Assembly: GCA_963662315.1 (NCBI GenBank)
Contig: OY759353.1
Location: forward strand, 1,728,001 to 1,792,000
DNA length: 64,000 bases
Reading direction: 5' to 3'
DNA from: Geopsychrobacteraceae bacterium
GTDB taxonomy: Bacteria; Desulfobacterota; Desulfuromonadia; Desulfuromonadales; Geopsychrobacteraceae
Numbering within the stretch: position 1 is the first letter of the stretch; each line of letters starts with the position of its first letter. The notes beneath the pieces are model-generated. The model was not told the DNA's origin, ran no database searches, and saw nothing but the letters and a program-made list of their open reading frames with translations. This document shows positions 59,636-64,000 of the stretch, piece by piece. Made by a program: the position numbers and the translations under genes.

Positions 59636-60337
59636 CTTTAAATGCCTAGCCACGACCAAAGATTACCCACTTCCATCCTTAGAATCCTGCCAGTTGCTTT
59701 TTGTCTTTGCTGATGGAGACAGAAAAGGAGCTGTTATCGACACCAATAAGAAAAGTTTGTAAACGTATCTAGATTTTATTCTGTTGTCTCGGCACCGTTT
59801 CAAAATAACGGCGTAGCTGCTTTTGCCCGCATTGAACATCTGGTTGAATGTATAACCGTCAACAAGAATTTGCGGGGGCTTAATATATCGAAGGTATCAA
59901 ACGAAAAGATCCACCAACCGGGATGAATGGGCAGGAATTACAGTTAATTTCCGGCGAACCGTTAACGGATTTCGGTTCCTTTAGCAGCAATTATACTCTT
60001 GAAGAGTGACTATTTAAGACGTCATCGGTATCAGGACAGGGTTAGTCAACACTGAGCCATTTGGTACGACTGTTCAATCATGTCAAAGCGAAGGAAAGGG
60101 AGATGGCCAAACAGATATTTTATGATGGTCTGTCGTTGCCCCGCTGGGATTTTCAATATAGCAGCAAAATCAAACCATGCTTCTCCAGACATAAAGACTT
60201 CTAACTCTTTACTGTTTTTCTCTCGGTATTCAATTTTCACAATCCTGCTCAAAAAAAATCTAAAAACGAACTCGTTTCCACCCAGAGGTTCCAGATGGAA
60301 ACGAGTTATTACGTCGCATAGATATCTTAAGCGGACA

Positions 60338-61279
60338 TCACAAACTTTGGTCAGCTCCATTATAGCCGGAAAACATCATCTTTCCGGGAATATCAAGCTG
60401 AGCTTTAAGGATACTGCCGGTATCTGACTCAACAATGAAAAGAGTTTGATTGTTCTTGCCCCCAAAAGCACAATTAGTGGTTCCCAGGCCTTGTGGGGCA
60501 GAGATACCATAAATTGGTCGTCCCAGCACATCAAAAACCCATACGGTCCCCAGACCAGCATGGCAGACAAACAAGCGCCCGGATTGGTCCAGAGCAAGGC
60601 CATCTGGGCCACTGCGGCCGCCTGACAGCTGAACATATAAGCCAACCTTGCTGGTCCCGCCTGCTTTTCCCAATGGCACACGCCAGATCGCGTTGGCTCG
60701 GGTCATGGCGACGTACAGATTCTTCTCTTCAACATCCAGCACCAGACCGTTGGGGCTGACCCCACAACTGATCAGACAATCAAGTTGATCAGTTTTTTCC
60801 TGCCAGCGATAGACTCGACCGGAAGGATCTTGCAGGCCGGTCTGCCCCTGATCGGTAAAATAGAGGGCCCCATCAGCGCCAAAATGCAGGTCGTTGCAGC
60901 CTTTAAAGCTTTCTGAGTTAATGCCGGCTAAAGCCCGTTGTATATGCCCTGTAAGCGGGTCGAGTATCATGATGCCGTTCTTGTAATCGGCAATGAAGAT
61001 GCGACCATCTTCATGAACTTTCAACCCATTGGGCCAGCCATCATATTCACAGACCAAGGAGAAGTGACCGGAGGGGTCGATCTTGAAAATGCGCCCAAAA
61101 GGGATATCAACAACATAAAGATTCCCCTGCTGGTCAAAAGAAGGCCCTTCAAGAAAACAATCAACGCCAGCCCGGTTGAAGCGCGACCATTCATTATCAA
61201 CACCGGGACGTCGGAATTCGTCCGGGAGGCGGCAGAAAACGTCCGCAGTAATCATTTCAGGTGGTGGATAAAGCGACAT
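60338..61279 (-). CDS. SMP-30/gluconolactonase/LRE family protein
   Basis: FLEGPSFD, PNGL, CNDL, YFTD, SPNGL, GPDGL, TNCAFGG. Confidence 0.92.
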   Translation of the reverse strand: MSLYPPPEMITADVFCRLPDEFRRPGVDNEWSRFNRAGVDCFLEGPSFDQQGNLYVVDIPFGRIFKIDPSGHFSLVCEYDGWPNGLKVHEDGRIFIADYKNGIMILDPLTGHIQRALAGINSESFKGCNDLHFGADGALYFTDQGQTGLQDPSGRVYRWQEKTDQLDCLISCGVSPNGLVLDVEEKNLYVAMTRANAIWRVPLGKAGGTSKVGLYVQLSGGRSGPDGLALDQSGRLFVCHAGLGTVWVFDVLGRPIYGISAPQGLGTTNCAFGGKNNQTLFIVESDTGSILKAQLDIPGKMMFSGYNGADQSL

Positions 61280-61289
61280 ATAAGATACC

Positions 61290-62585
61290 TCAGTTCATCA
61301 TCATGCGTGGAAACCAGAGAGCCAGATCTGGAAAAAAGATCAACAGGAAGACAAAGGCGACAATAATCAGATAGAACGGCAAAACACCCAATACCACTTC
61401 TTCGATGGATATCTCTTCCCAGGTACTTGCAACTACGAACAGGATAACCCCCAAAGGTGGGGTCAGCTGGCCAAGTTCAACCAGGATGACAATGTAAACG
61501 CCAAACCAGATAGGATCAATCCCGTAAGCAACCAGAGTCGGATAAAGGATCGGAACGGTGATGGCAATCATCCCCAGTCCTTCCATGAAACAACCGAGAA
61601 CCCCGTAGAAGACAAGAGCACCGAAAAGGAACTGGTATTGGGACAAGCCAAGCGCCTGGAACCAGTCAACCAGATCCTCACCGACACCTGAGCGCGCTGT
61701 CGCATAGGCAAAAATCATCGAGACAAAAACAATGAACAGCACATTACCACTCAACACCAACGTCCGGCGTAAAGCTGTTTTCATGATATTCATTGAAAAG
61801 CTTTTGTACATACGGGCAATGATAATTGCGCCAAAGGTCCCGATGGCACCCGCCTCGGTAGGAGTGGCGATACCACCATAAATACTGCCTAGCACAATGA
61901 CAATCAGGATGAGCAGAGGCAGAATATCAAACAGGCATTGACGGTAGTTGACCTTCTCATCTGCCGAACCGCTATAAGCGGGAGCCAGCTCTGGTTGCAA
62001 GGTGGCCCGGATGGCAATGTAGACCATGTACAGCAGCATCAGGGCAATACCCGGAACCACCCCGGCCATAAACAGCTGGGCAATCGAGGTATCTGTAAAC
62101 ATGGAGTAGACGATAAAAGTTATACTCGGTGGGATTAGAATACCAAGAGTTCCTCCGGCAGCCAGAGATCCGGCTGCAAGTTTGCGGTTATAACCTTTCT
62201 TCCCGAGCTCAGGCAGCGCCACGGTACCCATGGCTGCAGCCGTTGGGGCACTCCCTCCTGACACCGCTGCGAACAAGCCACAACCAACCACATTGGTATG
62301 CAGCAGGCCACCGGGGAGTTTTCTTATCAGTGGTGAAATGCCATTGTACAAGCGGGTACTCAGGCCACTTCCAAGCAGAATTTCCGCCATAAAAACGAAC
62401 AGTGGAATAGCCGACAGGGTGTAACTTTCTGCGGACCCCCAACTGACAATTCCCAACGCTTTCAGGCCACCAAAACCCTGGATCAGGTAGATATAAACAA
62501 CTGCACAAGCACCAACGGCCATCTGAATCCAGAGGCCGCTGAAGATCAGCGCAATCAGAAGTCCCATTATGATTGCAATTTCCAT
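61290..62585 (-). CDS. dctM: TRAP large permease #3
   Basis: LSAIPLF, AVSGGS, GTLGILIPPS, TPTEAG, LTPPLG. Confidence 0.95.
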   Translation of the reverse strand: MEIAIIMGLLIALIFSGLWIQMAVGACAVVYIYLIQGFGGLKALGIVSWGSAESYTLSAIPLFVFMAEILLGSGLSTRLYNGISPLIRKLPGGLLHTNVVGCGLFAAVSGGSAPTAAAMGTVALPELGKKGYNRKLAAGSLAAGGTLGILIPPSITFIVYSMFTDTSIAQLFMAGVVPGIALMLLYMVYIAIRATLQPELAPAYSGSADEKVNYRQCLFDILPLLILIVIVLGSIYGGIATPTEAGAIGTFGAIIIARMYKSFSMNIMKTALRRTLVLSGNVLFIVFVSMIFAYATARSGVGEDLVDWFQALGLSQYQFLFGALVFYGVLGCFMEGLGMIAITVPILYPTLVAYGIDPIWFGVYIVILVELGQLTPPLGVILFVVASTWEEISIEEVVLGVLPFYLIIVAFVFLLIFFPDLALWFPRMMMN

Positions 62586-62591
62586 AACCTA

Positions 62592-63137
62592 CTACTCCTC
62601 ACCCGCAGAATTGACAGTGGCTGATTTTGCGGCACACAAACGCTCGCGAACAAAATCAAGAATAAAAATGACCAGAACGATCAACCCGACAGGAATTATC
62701 AGCTGGGGAATATACAGAGGAGTTTCAAGTTTGCTCTGAGAAATGGTTCCCCGCGTGTAGGAGCTCGAAATCAGAAAAAAGGCATAATAAATTAAAATGC
62801 CACATAACCCTAATGACAATATAGAATGGAAAATGTCCATGACCTTGCGACTTGTCGTCGACAGCTTGGCATAAAACATTTCGACCTTGAACAGAGCCCT
62901 GCTCCTGAAAGTGACACAAACGCCGAAAAAAGTGATGAAGACAACCAGGTAGGACACCAATTCGTCAACAAAACCGAAGGAGAAGCCGATCGTCGAACGC
63001 AATAGAACTTCAAGCACGACCAGACAAACCATAATAACAATAGCCACCGAGGCAATCGTTTCCACACCATTATAAAGTGTTTGAATAGCCCCTTTTTCCG
63101 ACGGAGGCGGCGCTACGGGTACTGACATATTCTCCAT
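62592..63137 (-). CDS. dctQ: TRAP small permease #3
   Basis: EVLLRS, DEL, TPLYIPQ, 4 TM segments. Confidence 0.9.
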   Translation of the reverse strand: MENMSVPVAPPPSEKGAIQTLYNGVETIASVAIVIMVCLVVLEVLLRSTIGFSFGFVDELVSYLVVFITFFGVCVTFRSRALFKVEMFYAKLSTTSRKVMDIFHSILSLGLCGILIYYAFFLISSSYTRGTISQSKLETPLYIPQLIIPVGLIVLVIFILDFVRERLCAAKSATVNSAGEE

Positions 63138-63222
63138 CCCTTATGATCAAAGTTAGCGACTGCATAGATCTCTTAATAAATGTGCCCATCCCATGATCAG
63201 GAGATGGGCACGACGACCATTA

Positions 63223-64000
63223 TTACTTGCCGATTGCCGCACGCACAGCGGCGAGAGCAGCTACTGCCTTGGGCCCCTTGCCTTCTGCCCACTGCGACCA
63301 GACCTTTGACATCGCCTTTTCGGCAGCGGCAACATCTGCGGCATCAGCATCGAGAATCTTCATCCCTTTGCCTGCCTGAATCTTTTTCTGAGCATGCTCA
63401 TCAACAACAAAGTTCTCGGTAATCTGCGGACCTGCCACTGCACAAGCCTTGACCAGTGCCTGTTGATTTTCCTTGGAAAGGCGCTCATAAGCGTCACGAT
63501 TGGCAATAAGAACCGAACTGCCGAAGTTCATGGCCAGGCGATAATTGGTTTTGAGAAATTCATTCCACTTCTTGGCACCACCGGCACTGGCAGTAATAAC
63601 GCCATCAACGACCCCACGTTGCAACGCCTGCGGCACCTCTGCACCTCCCATGGTTACAGCAGAACCGCCAAAATGCTCAACCAAAGCCGCTTGTTCCGGA
63701 GAGGTTACACGCATCTTCTTGCCAAACAAATCTTTAGCGGTGTTCAGGTCAAACGAGGTGAAAATAGTCTGTTCCGGATAACGGTAAAGACCAAGATAAA
63801 TAAGCCCTTGCTCTTCAAATGCCTCTTTCAGGTAAGGCTCCATGACTTTAATCGCCTTTTGCCATTCATCTTCAGTCCGGATCAGCATAGGCAGGGACAG
63901 GACACCACCAATCGGTACATTACCGAGATAGAAATAATCAGAGGCCATATCGACAATACCGTCGGCGACCGCCTGAGTGATATTGGCGGCCTTGATGTGC
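63223..64000 (-). CDS. dctP: TRAP substrate-binding protein #3 (start lies beyond window)
   Basis: Frame stays open to the window edge (HIKAANITQAVADGIVDM...); GKKMRV, ALQRGVVDG. Confidence 0.9.
   Translation of the reverse strand, partial: HIKAANITQAVADGIVDMASDYFYLGNVPIGGVLSLPMLIRTEDEWQKAIKVMEPYLKEAFEEQGLIYLGLYRYPEQTIFTSFDLNTAKDLFGKKMRVTSPEQAALVEHFGGSAVTMGGAEVPQALQRGVVDGVITASAGGAKKWNEFLKTNYRLAMNFGSSVLIANRDAYERLSKENQQALVKACAVAGPQITENFVVDEHAQKKIQAGKGMKILDADAADVAAAEKAMSKVWSQWAEGKGPKAVAALAAVRAAIGK

Noticed and set aside
1..64000. CRISPR arrays, tRNA/rRNA, phage or defence genes
   Set aside because: No regularly spaced direct repeats, tRNA cloverleafs, rRNA signatures, integrases or nucleases were seen.

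Overview
A 64 kb bacterial accessory-metabolism region. Gene content (Ach1/AarC-type CoA-transferase, ~1000-aa NAD-GDH, glycyl radical enzyme) suggests an anaerobic Desulfuromonadales-like deltaproteobacterium, which is an inference. The window is dominated by organic-acid uptake and catabolism: five complete TctABC (TTT) and three TRAP transporters, interleaved with four catabolic modules. (1) 1-13 kb: PrpF-like isomerase, divergent AcnA-type aconitase, family III CoA-transferase, IclR, TctBAC and two tandem MmgE/PrpD proteins, linked by a shared TTTCA-N5-TGAAA-like motif. (2) 22-29 kb: uronate module (TRAP, YcxB-like, uxaC, ROK repressor, plus an eroded second uxaC relic). (3) 29-42 kb, the best-supported highlight: TRAP + HypD glycyl radical enzyme + activase + large NAD-GDH, divergent from P5C dehydrogenase and a GntR regulator. 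This is a self-contained anaerobic, oxidative trans-4-hydroxy-L-proline -> P5C -> glutamate -> 2-oxoglutarate route, with no proC in the window. (4) 43-64 kb: an orphan pathway with two lactonase-fold proteins, a DUF6282-like metallohydrolase, an RraA/HMG-aldolase, a D-2-hydroxyacid dehydrogenase and an HD-domain enzyme embedded inside a tct operon. IS256 and IS21 remnants flank a LysR gene. No rRNA, tRNA or CRISPR array was seen. All calls come from reading motifs by eye; no database search was run.
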